Origin: a virus
Taxonomy: Duplodnaviria; Caudoviricetes
Virus record (IMG/VR): IMGVR_UViG_3300027863_000043
Location: 1-57,924 of that record
Length of the DNA stretch: 57,924 bases
Direction: 5' to 3' (one strand)
Positions 17,802-27,801 of the stretch are shown in pieces. The stretch's first letter is position 1; each line of letters opens with the position of its first letter. The notes beneath the pieces were generated by a model. The model searched no databases. It was not told the DNA's origin and saw only the letters and a list, made by a program, of their open reading frames with translations. Made by a program: the position numbers and the translations under genes.

Positions 17802-20800
17802 TTACGGCACGATCCGGATGGTGCGGCTGACCGGGTTGATGACAGTGCCACTGACGTTGGTCACCTGCGGCGTGGCCAGCACCGAGTACTCTTTTCCGTA
17901 CCACACCTTCGCGTCGATGACATTACCGGTGGTCGGATCGTACTTCTGGAACGGTCCTTCCATCACATAGGGGGTCTGGATACCGTATCGCGTCGAACCT
18001 TTCTGACTCAGCAGGATGCGACCGTCGCCGGCAATCCAGGGGGCGTTGATGCGATTGAAGCTGACGCCAGAGCGCTTGCCGAAGTTGTTATCCGTCACCG
18101 GTGTAAACTCGGAGCCGTCTGGGCTGTTCAGCCGGTACCACATGGACGCGTTCTCGATGTAGGCCGAGGTGTTGAGACTCATGATGGCCGTGTTCGGCTT
18201 TTTGAATCGAGGCGCACTCCCCATGTAGGCCGTGGTCCGTGTCATCTGTTGCAAGAGGGTGTTGTAATAGTCTTCTGGACGCTCGCCGGTCGGCGACGTG
18301 TAGTGCCAGGTGTCGTAGTTAGTGGAGGCGCTGTAACTGATCGTCGGGAGAAGCGTACTCGTGATGCCCGCTCCAGTCGTGAAGTACACGATGCCGTTCT
18401 CCCAGTCAACCGCGTAGGTCGCAGTCGCTCCGGTTGCACTCGCCCCTGCCACGTTTCCGGCCGAATCGAGATATCCGGGCACCAGGGTAGCTCCGTTGAC
18501 TACGATCGTGAACGGATTGGTGAGAACCGTGGACGTCTGGCCACTGGCGCTGGTGATTTCCGTCCTAGTCCGGGGACGCACGACGGGGAACGTCGAACCC
18601 GCCGCCGCCTGCAACTGATACTTGTATTCAACGTTTGTGCCGTTGTTCACCGCCACAACGTCATTCGCATTGGTGCCTACCGCGGCTGGAGTTTCGTTAT
18701 TCACGGCAGTCGGGTTGTATTCATCGGATGTCAGAATCATCTCAGCGTACGCAGCCAAATCAAGGCGCCTGCGTTTCTCATAGCCGAGGTGGTAAATGGC
18801 CCGTGCCACCGCGGGATACTTCGCAGGTCCGGTCAAAAGGCCACGCAGCGCGTCTTCGGTCATACTGAACGCATTACGCCTCCAATACGGCGCAAACGAC
18901 AGCCAGTTCAAGTTCGTGCTGGCCTCGGGGATGGCTTGCCCCTCGCTCACAATGATGTCCAGCAACCCGGTAGTGGGGTCAAAGGTTGCGGCGCTTGTGT
19001 AGGTCTCGACTGGCACACGCCACTCTGTTCCGTCGAAGGTGTCCACCATCATGAACTGGGTGCTCTCGACGTCCTGGAAGGCTTGGACGACGACCGCCTC
19101 GAGAACGGTGGGCTGGTTAAGCAGTTGGCTTGTCGTGATCGATACGCTGTCCGCCAGAGTTCCGGCCTGCACGCTGTCCATAAACGCCGCCGAGTCCGTC
19201 ATCTGTTGGTAGGTGTTGTCCTTTTCGAACTTCGCCAAGATGCGGTCGATGATGGGCTTGTTCAACTTGCGCAAATTCATGTCGGGTTCATGGCCAAGTT
19301 CGCGCCCGTATTCGTCAAACGCATTCACCAGAGAGTCCACAACCGGTTGCCACGGCTTCGGCTCATTGGCCACCTGTACTTGCGTTGCCGTCGCTTGATT
19401 GGCCGCTCCTGTGAACCCGAGTCCGCCCAATGCCGTCATCGCCCCGCTTCTGCTCACGAGCTCCATCGCCGCGTCAAGAATGACGTCGGCCTGCTCCTTG
19501 TTCTCCGCCTTCCCTTTTACGCTATCCAGGATGGTAACGATGGCCTTTTCGGAGAACTTGTCCTTCATCGCGTTCAGCCGCTCCTGGATGTGACTTTCGG
19601 CCTCGGCTCGCGCGGCCTGTCGAGCTCTTTCCTGCTCTTGGGTTTGCACGGAATCAAGGGCTGGCTGCGCGATCGCGCGCGCACGTTGCTCAATCAGTTC
19701 CTGGAGCTTAGGGCTTGCCAGGAGCTCTTCGATGGACGGCATGGGGTCATCTCCTCCGGTCTGGCGACTGTCTGTCGCCGGTTTGGGCTTGTTGTTGCGT
19801 TGCCACTGACGGGCTAATGAGTAATTACCGCCATCGTCTTCGGGTGGCAGTTTGCGCAAGTACTGGTGGGCGTGCGTCTCATGGCTCATCCTGCGCTCCG
19901 TCATAAACACTTCGCCCTTTGGGTTCGTGTAGAAATCCACATCGCCGTCCCCGTCCGGGTCTTGCGGCTCCAGTTCCTCACCCGTGGAGGGGTCGATTGG
20001 CTTGTCAGTGAACTGCACCGAGTCCGTTATCGACTGCCCCACGTCGAGAACTGCAAAGCGAATGGGTGTTTGCGCCGGCACCGTGTCACCTTCTTCCATA
20101 GGCGGTCCAGCCGCCAAGATGTCGGAGAGCTTGGAGTCCGCAATGGGAACCAGCGAATCGGTCAAGACGCTGACCACCTGACTCCCCGCGGTCGCCTCGT
20201 TCATCACGCAATCAAATGCGTGGATGTCGAGGTGTGTGGCCACTTGCACGTTTCGATCGTCGATCTGGCGCGTTGTCCAACGTCCGATGGCGCGCATCGA
20301 GTCACCAACCGGAACGCCGGCTCGAATGTTCGCTTCCACGTCTTTTCCCGTGGAAGTGGGGATCATCTCCACGTCGGTATAGACCCACCCATCCGCGTCC
20401 ATGAACACAGCCGTGTGCTTCCACACGCTGCGACTCGCATTTGTGTCGAAAATGGGCTTGCCGTTCGCATCACGCAAGGCCTTCGGATGAGGACTTTCCC
20501 CAACAGCTCGCCCAGACTGGATGCGGTCATTGAATCGCTGCACAGCGTCTTGGAGTACGTCGAGGGGGTACAGGCGATTGTTGTCGTTGATGACGTTGGC
20601 CCGCGTCCCCTTGAGTCGCACACGAAGCGGTTTACCCTCTTGGGCACTGTCGAGAATCTGCGCTTCGGCCACAATCACGTCGTCGGTCGCGGCTTTCTCC
20701 CAGTCGGAAGTATCGATGCCGAGGACCTTGGCCCGCGTTTTGATTCGCTTGCGGGCTTCCTCGCGCTCGGCATCTGACAGACCCTCGGTGCGATCTATCA

Positions 20801-20912
20801 TGTCCCAGGCCAATTTCACGTGTTTCTTGTCGTGAATCGGTAGTTCGCGCTTACCCGGCACAGCGAATTGTCCATCAGGCATCTTCTTGCGTTCTTCTGC
20901 GCTTAGTGGCAC
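17802..20912 (-). CDS. Fused prohead protease-scaffold-major capsid protein, with DUF6582-like N-terminus
   Basis: N-terminal 'EERKKMPDGQFAVPGKRELPIHD'; protease motifs 'NDNNRLYP','GESPHP','GVPVGDSMRAIG','FDCV'; coiled-coil scaffold; HK97-like C-terminal half. Confidence 0.8.
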   Translation of the reverse strand: MPLSAEERKKMPDGQFAVPGKRELPIHDKKHVKLAWDMIDRTEGLSDAEREEARKRIKTRAKVLGIDTSDWEKAATDDVIVAEAQILDSAQEGKPLRVRLKGTRANVINDNNRLYPLDVLQDAVQRFNDRIQSGRAVGESPHPKALRDANGKPIFDTNASRSVWKHTAVFMDADGWVYTDVEMIPTSTGKDVEANIRAGVPVGDSMRAIGRWTTRQIDDRNVQVATHLDIHAFDCVMNEATAGSQVVSVLTDSLVPIADSKLSDILAAGPPMEEGDTVPAQTPIRFAVLDVGQSITDSVQFTDKPIDPSTGEELEPQDPDGDGDVDFYTNPKGEVFMTERRMSHETHAHQYLRKLPPEDDGGNYSLARQWQRNNKPKPATDSRQTGGDDPMPSIEELLASPKLQELIEQRARAIAQPALDSVQTQEQERARQAARAEAESHIQERLNAMKDKFSEKAIVTILDSVKGKAENKEQADVILDAAMELVSRSGAMTALGGLGFTGAANQATATQVQVANEPKPWQPVVDSLVNAFDEYGRELGHEPDMNLRKLNKPIIDRILAKFEKDNTYQQMTDSAAFMDSVQAGTLADSVSITTSQLLNQPTVLEAVVVQAFQDVESTQFMMVDTFDGTEWRVPVETYTSAATFDPTTGLLDIIVSEGQAIPEASTNLNWLSFAPYWRRNAFSMTEDALRGLLTGPAKYPAVARAIYHLGYEKRRRLDLAAYAEMILTSDEYNPTAVNNETPAAVGTNANDVVAVNNGTNVEYKYQLQAAAGSTFPVVRPRTRTEITSASGQTSTVLTNPFTIVVNGATLVPGYLDSAGNVAGASATGATATYAVDWENGIVYFTTGAGITSTLLPTISYSASTNYDTWHYTSPTGERPEDYYNTLLQQMTRTTAYMGSAPRFKKPNTAIMSLNTSAYIENASMWYRLNSPDGSEFTPVTDNNFGKRSGVSFNRINAPWIAGDGRILLSQKGSTRYGIQTPYVMEGPFQKYDPTTGNVIDAKVWYGKEYSVLATPQVTNVSGTVINPVSRTIRIVP

Positions 20913-20918
20913 ACAGAA

Positions 20919-23456
20919 TCAGCTCCCTTCCTGTGCCCGAACAGGCACTGTGTAACAGCGGCAACGAGGATGGCTGGGAATCGCAGGAAGCGAGTCCAGG
21001 GCAAACGTAGCGCCGTTACGCGACGCACAAATGGGACAGGTTTTATCGTCCATGTGCGTCACCCACTGCACCTGGTCCACTCCGGCATCGCTATAGAGCC
21101 TCTTCAGCGCCTCGTTGAACGCGTTGGACACTTCCGTTTGCGCAATCATGTCAGCACGCCAATCAGGCAAGTCCAACACACTGAGCGCACGTCTCACCCA
21201 GCCATCGACGGGATCTCCACTCGCCATGGCCTCCATGAGCGCCTTCGCCAACATCTTTTGGGTCGTGTCCACGATGTCAGCCGCGCGCTGCGCAACAGTA
21301 AGGTCCTGCATCTGTTGCGCCCTTGCGCTCTGCACCTCGAGACTCGGTGCCACCTCGCGCGACGCCTCCATGGGGCCTGTGGGAGGGGCTTGCGGCGGCG
21401 TGACGGTTTCCGGTTTCGGGACGAATTGAAGTGTCCCCGTTGCCGGCACAGACGTCTGAAGACTGGGCTTGTAGGGCTGCTCCCTCGGCACCTGCGGGAT
21501 GTTCCCGTGTTCATCCTTCGGCGCATGAGGGATACCAGCCGCCGCCAGACCCGTGAGAATCGGATTCGCGTGCCACGTGGTCGGAGACCGAACGGGCGCA
21601 CGAACCGTGTGATTCGTTTGCTGGTACACCTGTTTCAGAAGCTCCGTCAACTGCGCCTTCAAGTCGTATCGCTCCATCAGGTCCGCAAGGAGCGGATAAA
21701 TCGCCGGGTTCACCTGAAACGTCTGCGGGGCATCCGTCGAGTGTGAATGACCTCCAAGCAGCATCTCGGTATACGGGTCTATCGTCACGGTGTAGCTGTC
21801 GAGAATGCCTGTCGCGATGGAGGGTTGCACATCCGCGAGTTTTGCCATGTTCTTTCGGTTTTGCAGGACAAACCGCTGGGCGACCGTTCCGAATAGGTTC
21901 TTGATGCGCGTGCGAATCTGCTGCTCCAACTGGAGTAGATGCGGGTCGTTCCTCGAGGGCGAAAAGATGTCATTGCCCGTCGCGCGCAGGTTCACGTTGC
22001 GATAGGCCTCGTTTGCCCCCTGAAACTCCGTGCTTGCGGCGTCCGTGAGTGGCGTTGGGTCCGGAGTCCCGGGAGGGTTCAGCGCATTCTTGGCGACCTG
22101 TTCTTCCTGCATGGCGTCGGCCTGCTCAGCCTTTATTTGCTCGAGCTCTTGTTCGAGTGAATCATCTGTATCCAGGCCAATGTCGCGACCCAGCAACCGC
22201 ATCGCCGTCTTGCGACTAAGGAGCGGGTCGGGAACAGCTGACCGCAGTTGGGTAATGCGATTCACCCGATCGTTGGCGGTATCGTTATCCGCCTCGTACC
22301 AGATAATGTTGTAGTCCAGGATAGATGGGTCGATTGCTTGAAGTGCCAACTGGAAGTCGAGAATGTTCCGGAACCCGCTGTACGCCGCGCCGTCGCCATA
22401 CTCCAAGAGACGCCGCAGTTCTTCTACGTCCTCCTTGAACTGGCGCATTTGGTCTTCGAGTATGTCTCGATTGACCTCTTCCCCGAAACCAAGAATGGAA
22501 AGCGGCACGCCGGTTCCAACCATGTGAACGTTGTTCAGGTACTGAATGTCCGCGATATGGTCCAGTTGGGCATCGGCGTTCAGGTCCGTGATGCTCGTCA
22601 ATCCGTTGCCGAAGTAGTCTGTGGCGATCTCTCGCTGGGAGCCGCGTAGTTTGTTACGCTCCATATACGCGTCAATCTCCGGATCCGTACCCGGATGGTC
22701 CGCCGTCCCGACATTGTGCAATCGTTTGGGAGCCGCCCGGGTTCGCCGGCGCACCACAAGGTCTTGCTCCGTCATGTTCAACATACGCCAGGTGCGAAGA
22801 TTGCCGAGGTACTGACTTCGCCCGTACCGTTGGCCGTCCTCATGGCTCCAACGGATATGGTTGACCTGCCAGAGCTCGAGCTCGAGCAACGGCTGAAGGC
22901 TGATCGGGTCGATTTGCTGAAACGCCTGACGTAGATCCGGGAAATTGCCCGTGATGTCGTCATTCCGTTGCATGGAGATTGCGGGAAGGCTCTTAATCTG
23001 CAACACGAGCCGCGTCGCCGGGTCCACAAATGGGTTCAGGAACAAATCGCCGTCCCGAAGCAGCACACGCGCCCACTGCGTTAGCTTCGCGTTGAACTGC
23101 ACACGACGGATGAAGTCGTTGACGACGTCTTGTGCCTTTGCCGCCTCTTTGCGGCTGACCTCGGACGTGATCCGGATGTCAAACCCGCGCCGAACCGCCG
23201 TCGACGCGAACACGTGGTTGGCTCGCTGTAGCCGGGTGTCCTCCCGGAGCATTTCGTACAGGTCTCGCAAGATGGACCGCCTCGTCCACTCGATGCGGAA
23301 CATATCGTATTCCCACACCGTCGGGGACGTTTTGCTAACCATCGTGCGGTCATCGTCACGCGACTGCTGCGCCCCGTCGGGCAACGACCGGAAAAACGCG
23401 TTCGAGGCGGCAGCGATAGACGGCGGCTGCCGGATCATCATCACATCATGCGCCAT
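20919..23456 (-). CDS. Portal protein fused to a MuF/gp7-like head morphogenesis domain
   Basis: Portal motifs 'LLRDGDLF','VNHIRW','YGRS','RRTRAA'; C-terminal 'RADMIAQTE...WVTHMDDKTCPIC...PSHPRCRC'. Confidence 0.85.
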   Translation of the reverse strand: MAHDVMMIRQPPSIAAASNAFFRSLPDGAQQSRDDDRTMVSKTSPTVWEYDMFRIEWTRRSILRDLYEMLREDTRLQRANHVFASTAVRRGFDIRITSEVSRKEAAKAQDVVNDFIRRVQFNAKLTQWARVLLRDGDLFLNPFVDPATRLVLQIKSLPAISMQRNDDITGNFPDLRQAFQQIDPISLQPLLELELWQVNHIRWSHEDGQRYGRSQYLGNLRTWRMLNMTEQDLVVRRRTRAAPKRLHNVGTADHPGTDPEIDAYMERNKLRGSQREIATDYFGNGLTSITDLNADAQLDHIADIQYLNNVHMVGTGVPLSILGFGEEVNRDILEDQMRQFKEDVEELRRLLEYGDGAAYSGFRNILDFQLALQAIDPSILDYNIIWYEADNDTANDRVNRITQLRSAVPDPLLSRKTAMRLLGRDIGLDTDDSLEQELEQIKAEQADAMQEEQVAKNALNPPGTPDPTPLTDAASTEFQGANEAYRNVNLRATGNDIFSPSRNDPHLLQLEQQIRTRIKNLFGTVAQRFVLQNRKNMAKLADVQPSIATGILDSYTVTIDPYTEMLLGGHSHSTDAPQTFQVNPAIYPLLADLMERYDLKAQLTELLKQVYQQTNHTVRAPVRSPTTWHANPILTGLAAAGIPHAPKDEHGNIPQVPREQPYKPSLQTSVPATGTLQFVPKPETVTPPQAPPTGPMEASREVAPSLEVQSARAQQMQDLTVAQRAADIVDTTQKMLAKALMEAMASGDPVDGWVRRALSVLDLPDWRADMIAQTEVSNAFNEALKRLYSDAGVDQVQWVTHMDDKTCPICASRNGATFALDSLPAIPSHPRCRCYTVPVRAQEGS

Positions 23457-23733
23457 CTACCGCATCACCTCCCTTCGGTACCGTGAATCCGACACCGGCG
23501 GACTGTCTCAAACGAAAAATGTGAACAGCGGATATATCCCGTCGCCTCACAAAAGTAGCTCCGTTATCGGCGCCCACTGAACGCGCAACGTAAAATTCGC
23601 AATCGTCAACATTCCCGCTCAGCCAGGTTTCCAAGCGGTCACGACCTTTGGCCGAGGTGCTATAGCTGACGCGCTCACCGGGTGTCAGGAAAATGTAAAC
23701 GTCGTACTTTTCACCCGTGGTCCGGTCGCTCAT
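23446..23733 (-). CDS. Hypothetical protein (95 aa)
   Basis: TAATG coupling to the upstream ORF. Confidence 0.5.
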   Translation of the reverse strand: MSDRTTGEKYDVYIFLTPGERVSYSTSAKGRDRLETWLSGNVDDCEFYVARSVGADNGATFVRRRDISAVHIFRLRQSAGVGFTVPKGGDAVDGA

Positions 23734-23987
23734 TACAGTCGACCAAATGGCCATAGTCGGATCGGACGGCCACGTCGGGTAAGCCAGAACACACTGGCAG
23801 CATCCGTTGCGTCCCATCGCGACTCCAGGAACCGCACGATGGTGCCGTCCTTCTTCGTAATCTCGAACCCCCCGTCGAACACACACGACACCACGGCCTT
23901 GACGTAGCCGCCCTGCTCGTGATAGTGGCAGAGCTGCCTTCGTTTCACGCTGGGGAACCGGGGCTGAATCTGAGTGTCGGCTGCCAT
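23733..23987 (-). CDS. Hypothetical protein (84 aa)
   Basis: AGGAGT RBS just after the terL stop. Confidence 0.5.
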   Translation of the reverse strand: MAADTQIQPRFPSVKRRQLCHYHEQGGYVKAVVSCVFDGGFEITKKDGTIVRFLESRWDATDAASVFWLTRRGRPIRLWPFGRL

Positions 23988-23997
23988 GAAACCACTC

Positions 23998-25545
23998 CTA
24001 GAAATTCGGATAGGGGGCATAGCTGCCAAACGCCGACGGCGCATTCAACAGCTGGTCATAGGTGTGCGTAATGGGATCTCCTGTCACAATCTTGTCCGGG
24101 CTCTTCACTGCGTAGTTGGCCAGCGCGAGGGCCCAGAACTTATCGCCGTGATGCTTCTCGTTGCGCTCCGCCGAGTAACGGAACGCCCCGTTTGCCGTCA
24201 CTTCGCGCTTGATGCTGACGATCTGCGTGATAAGGTCGCGGTCGTTCGGGATGAGAATGCCGGCTCGCCCGCGCTCAAACTCGGTGTGCAGCTGCACCGC
24301 CATCAGCTCTTTGGTCGCATTGGTGAACGGCACGCGCTCCACTTGTGCGCCGTAGGTCTTGAACATCCCTTCCGCCAAGTCCATGCCGATGCCATTCTCG
24401 TCGATGCACAGGCGAACCGGTTGCGCGATGTCCACGAACCGACGCAGTTCCTTACGCTGCAAATCAAAATCGGACTGCTTGTACGTTGCCATGAACCGCA
24501 GGATTTTTCCGTTGTCTGTGGCGTCGAGCGCCATGAGTTCCGAGGCGTCCTTACGACGGCCCACGTCAAACCCGCCGCCAAGGCGCCCCGTCGTTTTGGC
24601 CCGCAAATCCTCGAGCCCGGAGGCCATCAGGCGCTGCTGCTCGGGTATGCCGTCCCCTGCGGGCTCATCGTTCATCAGGCAGCTGTAAATCATCTCGAGC
24701 GGGAAATAAGACGACGTATCGTCGATGAACGCGCACTCGAACTCCTGCTGAAAACTTTCAAGGTCCATCGCATTGAACAACTCGTGAAGCTGTTCGGTGC
24801 CAAAGACCTCCACGCGATGGAGGGTGTGCATAGCGTGCGCTTCCTGGCGTGCACGCTGGACGTCCTTGCACAGCAGGCTGAAGTCCCACCAATACACCAC
24901 TTTGCGTTTGTAGCTCTTGTAGGTTTTTGCCCCGTCCCAGATGTCGTAAAACTTGCCCAGCTTGCCAAGAGGCGTGCTAATCAGGGTCAGACTCCCGTGC
25001 TTGGCCCGCGTCAGCACCGGAACGGCGGAGGTGTACACCTGGTCATCCCACGCGCCGAAGAAGGCGAACTCGTCCAGCACCACGTCGACGAACGTGCCGC
25101 CCTTCCCGCGAATTGGCCCCTTACCTTGCGCAATGATCCGAGCACCCGTCGACTGCCTCCCGGACTTACTGACAAACTCCAGTGACGTCGTGTTGTCGAC
25201 GAGCTTGCGCTTCTTGTACTGGTCCGGCAACGCATCGTACAGCTGCTTCGCGTACCGGATTTTCTCCTTCGCGTCGTCGAGCTTGTACGATGCCAAGAGG
25301 CAGGTGTAATCGTCCAAGTTCTGCGCTCTCGCGAGGGCCCTTGCGGCCGACACGAAGCTGAACCCCAACTGGCGACCCTTGAGGTAAATCTGGAATCGGG
25401 CCGTCGACTCCAGGAAGTCACGTTGGTAATCGTCAAATCGAATCGGTGGGTCAGAGAGGAGCTCGATGTATCCTGACTCCGTTGCAAGCGCGTCGCCCAA
25501 AACCTCCGCTGAAATATTCTTCGGTGTCACAATGGTCGGCGCCAT
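23998..25545 (-). CDS. terL: Terminase large subunit
   Basis: 'KGRQLGFS' Walker A, 'VVLDEFAF' Walker B, 'ISTPLG', 'FQQEFEC', nuclease 'GFDVGR...D', 'HGDKFWALALA'. Confidence 0.95.
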   Translation of the reverse strand: MAPTIVTPKNISAEVLGDALATESGYIELLSDPPIRFDDYQRDFLESTARFQIYLKGRQLGFSFVSAARALARAQNLDDYTCLLASYKLDDAKEKIRYAKQLYDALPDQYKKRKLVDNTTSLEFVSKSGRQSTGARIIAQGKGPIRGKGGTFVDVVLDEFAFFGAWDDQVYTSAVPVLTRAKHGSLTLISTPLGKLGKFYDIWDGAKTYKSYKRKVVYWWDFSLLCKDVQRARQEAHAMHTLHRVEVFGTEQLHELFNAMDLESFQQEFECAFIDDTSSYFPLEMIYSCLMNDEPAGDGIPEQQRLMASGLEDLRAKTTGRLGGGFDVGRRKDASELMALDATDNGKILRFMATYKQSDFDLQRKELRRFVDIAQPVRLCIDENGIGMDLAEGMFKTYGAQVERVPFTNATKELMAVQLHTEFERGRAGILIPNDRDLITQIVSIKREVTANGAFRYSAERNEKHHGDKFWALALANYAVKSPDKIVTGDPITHTYDQLLNAPSAFGSYAPYPNF

Positions 25546-26180
25546 CAGGGATCCGCCGCCTTCGCGCCATCCGAGAAACGAGCGGCAAACCGCGCATGGA
25601 CTTCGTCCGCAGACACCCCGATGTTGACCTGCACCTGCGGGGGACCGTCCTTCTGACTTTTCGGTGTCATCAGGAACTCCCCGAGGTCAATCCCGAGCGT
25701 TTTCATGAGATTGGCTGCCTGGGACAGCGCGGGATGAGCCACCTTCTCGGTGTAATGATCTCCCGATGCGCTGTACTTGTCGACCTCAATCACAGCCCCG
25801 TCCGCGTTCACCGCCTCCAGCAGACGGCCAACTTGCACCGCCATGGAACCCGCCACCGTGCCGACATCGTCCTTCAGGGCGTCCAGCTCCCCTTTGCGAA
25901 AGGCAACCTGCCACTTCTTGATGCGGCGCAGTTCCGGACGGCACAGCTCGTTGTCTGCCACCCGGCCAGACTGGAAATCCTTGCAGCGCGCACGCAACGT
26001 ACAGGAGTCCGTGCAGGGGCGGACTGGGATTTCGGACGTGAGGTAGGTCTTGGTGCGCTTTTGACGATGCACCACTTGCGCGTCCGCCACTTCGACCAGG
26101 GCCTTTTGGTACTCCTCGTCGAAGTGGTTCTCATCGGCTACAGTGGTGTACTCCACGTCGTCGTCGGATACCTCGGTCAC
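25545..26180 (-). CDS. terS: Probable terminase small subunit
   Basis: Directly upstream of and coupled to terL; Cys cluster; 'HPAL...LG..TPKS' P27-like motif. Confidence 0.65.
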   Translation of the reverse strand: MTEVSDDDVEYTTVADENHFDEEYQKALVEVADAQVVHRQKRTKTYLTSEIPVRPCTDSCTLRARCKDFQSGRVADNELCRPELRRIKKWQVAFRKGELDALKDDVGTVAGSMAVQVGRLLEAVNADGAVIEVDKYSASGDHYTEKVAHPALSQAANLMKTLGIDLGEFLMTPKSQKDGPPQVQVNIGVSADEVHARFAARFSDGAKAADP

Positions 26181-26205
26181 TGACCTCACCTCCCGTCCTG
26201 GGTCG

Positions 26206-26319
26206 CCGCGCTCTCGGGCGCAGACAGCCGAGCCGTCCGTAAGCTTCGCGCCATGGCTCCCTCGTATGGGTTAGGCGGCTTCAACGTCGCACGGCTGTTC
26301 CCTGCGCCCGACAGCGCGG
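26206..26319. other. Long imperfect inverted repeat (rod hairpin) upstream of terS
   Basis: CCGCGCTCTCGGGCGCAGACAGCCG (26206-30) pairs with CGGCTGTTCCCTGCGCCCGACAGCGCGG (26292-319). Confidence 0.7.
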
Positions 26320-26516
26320 TGCTGGCGTGTGGAAATAAGTGGAAATCGAAAAGGGCAAAGGAAATTTGGCGGAAAATTTACGGGGAGGAGTACAGTGCCC
26401 CCAACCGAAAAAGTTCCGCCTTCGCGCCGCCCGTCGTCGCACACGGACGCACGCGAAATGGCCCTCCGCCGCGTGAAGCCGGGAGGGCCGAAGATGGCGG
26501 CATGTTGGCCGTGCGG

Positions 26517-27374
26517 TCAGGTGTAGTTCAACGTCTCCATCGAGTTTTGGAGGTCGTCCAGTCTGGGGCGCGTATAGATTGCCGTCGTGTTGAGGCTCGA
26601 ATGTCCGAGAATCACGGCAACTTTGTCGAGACTCACCCCTGCGCCGACCAGATTGTGTGCCATCGTGTGCCGAAGCACATGCGGTGTTAAGTCAGCGATT
26701 TTTGCTTTGCCGCCAACGCGCTTGCAGAGCAGCTGTACCGCACGAGGCGTCAGCTGCGGGTCACGCTGGCCCTCGAACAGGAACCTTCCCATCGAACGCC
26801 GCTTCGTGAGAAATTCCCCTAGCGGTTTACGAAGGTCGCGAGGAATCGGCACCTCTCGGTATTTGTTCCCTTTTCCCGCTCGCACGGTAATCACCCCGGC
26901 GCGCTCACTGATGAGCACGTCATCCGGTGTCAAGTGCACCAGCTCCGATACACGCAGCCCCGAGAACAGCAACGTCAGCACGATGACGCCGTTCCGCGAG
27001 TCCTTCTCTGCGAGAGCCGTGCGAATCAACCGATGCTGCTCGTTTTTGGTTAAGCCGCGCGGGGCTTTCTGGGCGACTTCGATGCGCTTCACGTCTCGAA
27101 CAGGGTTGTGGGTCAGGTAGCCCTCGTTTGCCATCCAAGCGCAAAACGCGTCAATGGACGACAGGGCCGTGTTGACCGTGTTCGGTTTACGGCCCAGGTC
27201 TTGCAGGTGCTTGCGATATCGCGCCGCGTCAATGGACGTGATGGAAAGCTCGTCACGACTGCCGGTTGTCTGTTCCATCCAGTCCAGAAACTGCGTCAGC
27301 ATGATGCGCCGCGTCGCAATCGACTTCGGACTGCCACCCGTTGCTTCCAGGGCATCGAGATACTTAGCCAACAT
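26517..27374 (-). CDS. XerC/XerD-like tyrosine recombinase (second recombinase)
   Basis: SAM-like N-domain; 'SGLRVSEL', 'GKGNKYREVP', 'TPHVLRHT', 'LGHSSLNTTAIYT'. Confidence 0.92.
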   Translation of the reverse strand: MLAKYLDALEATGGSPKSIATRRIMLTQFLDWMEQTTGSRDELSITSIDAARYRKHLQDLGRKPNTVNTALSSIDAFCAWMANEGYLTHNPVRDVKRIEVAQKAPRGLTKNEQHRLIRTALAEKDSRNGVIVLTLLFSGLRVSELVHLTPDDVLISERAGVITVRAGKGNKYREVPIPRDLRKPLGEFLTKRRSMGRFLFEGQRDPQLTPRAVQLLCKRVGGKAKIADLTPHVLRHTMAHNLVGAGVSLDKVAVILGHSSLNTTAIYTRPRLDDLQNSMETLNYT

Positions 27375-27390
27375 ACTACCCGCTCCCATC

Positions 27391-27491
27391 AATAAGCGAA
27401 CAGTTTTTCGGGGGATAGCCCGACGGTACAATGCGGTCCCTTCGAAACCATTGTACCTAATCTGTTCGCTTATTGCACAGTAAGCGAATAG
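27391..27491. promoter_or_regulatory. Putative dif-like recombination core plus accessory site
   Basis: CTGTTCGCTTAT-tgcaca-GTAAGCGAATAG (27462-91: inverted arms, 6-bp spacer); extra arm AATAAGCGAACAG at 27391-403. Confidence 0.6.
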
Positions 27492-27550
27492 TTTTTTTGA
27501 ATACCCCAAAATGCCGATTTCGGTCCCTCGGCACCTACGGGATGTTCCCG

Positions 27551-27721
27551 TCACCCGTCATCGTACCGTCTTTGCTTCACTCGACCGCCACGACGCTCAT
27601 AGGTGTTTCCCGCTGACATCATGCGCTCCAGACTCCTCAGCTCTCGGTCACGCGCCAACTGCTTGCGCTCGTCATCAGATGGCCGTCTATACTCACGCCG
27701 TCGACGTCGCTTTGCGCTCAC
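27551..27721 (-). CDS. Small Arg-rich protein (56 aa)
   Basis: AAAGGTGG RBS, GTG start. Confidence 0.45.
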   Translation of the reverse strand: MSAKRRRRREYRRPSDDERKQLARDRELRSLERMMSAGNTYERRGGRVKQRRYDDG

Positions 27722-27801
27722 AGCTCGACCACCTTTGCCACTGAAAAAGGTTTTGGCGCTCGGGTCGCTCCACCCGGGCGCCGAGAGGAGAAGTCGGAAG
27801 T

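Noticed and set aside
18249-19817. Long plus-strand ORFs (also 23974-25185, 28595-29707, 30585-31739)
   Set aside because: Antisense shadows of GC-rich genes, with no RBS or recognisable motifs
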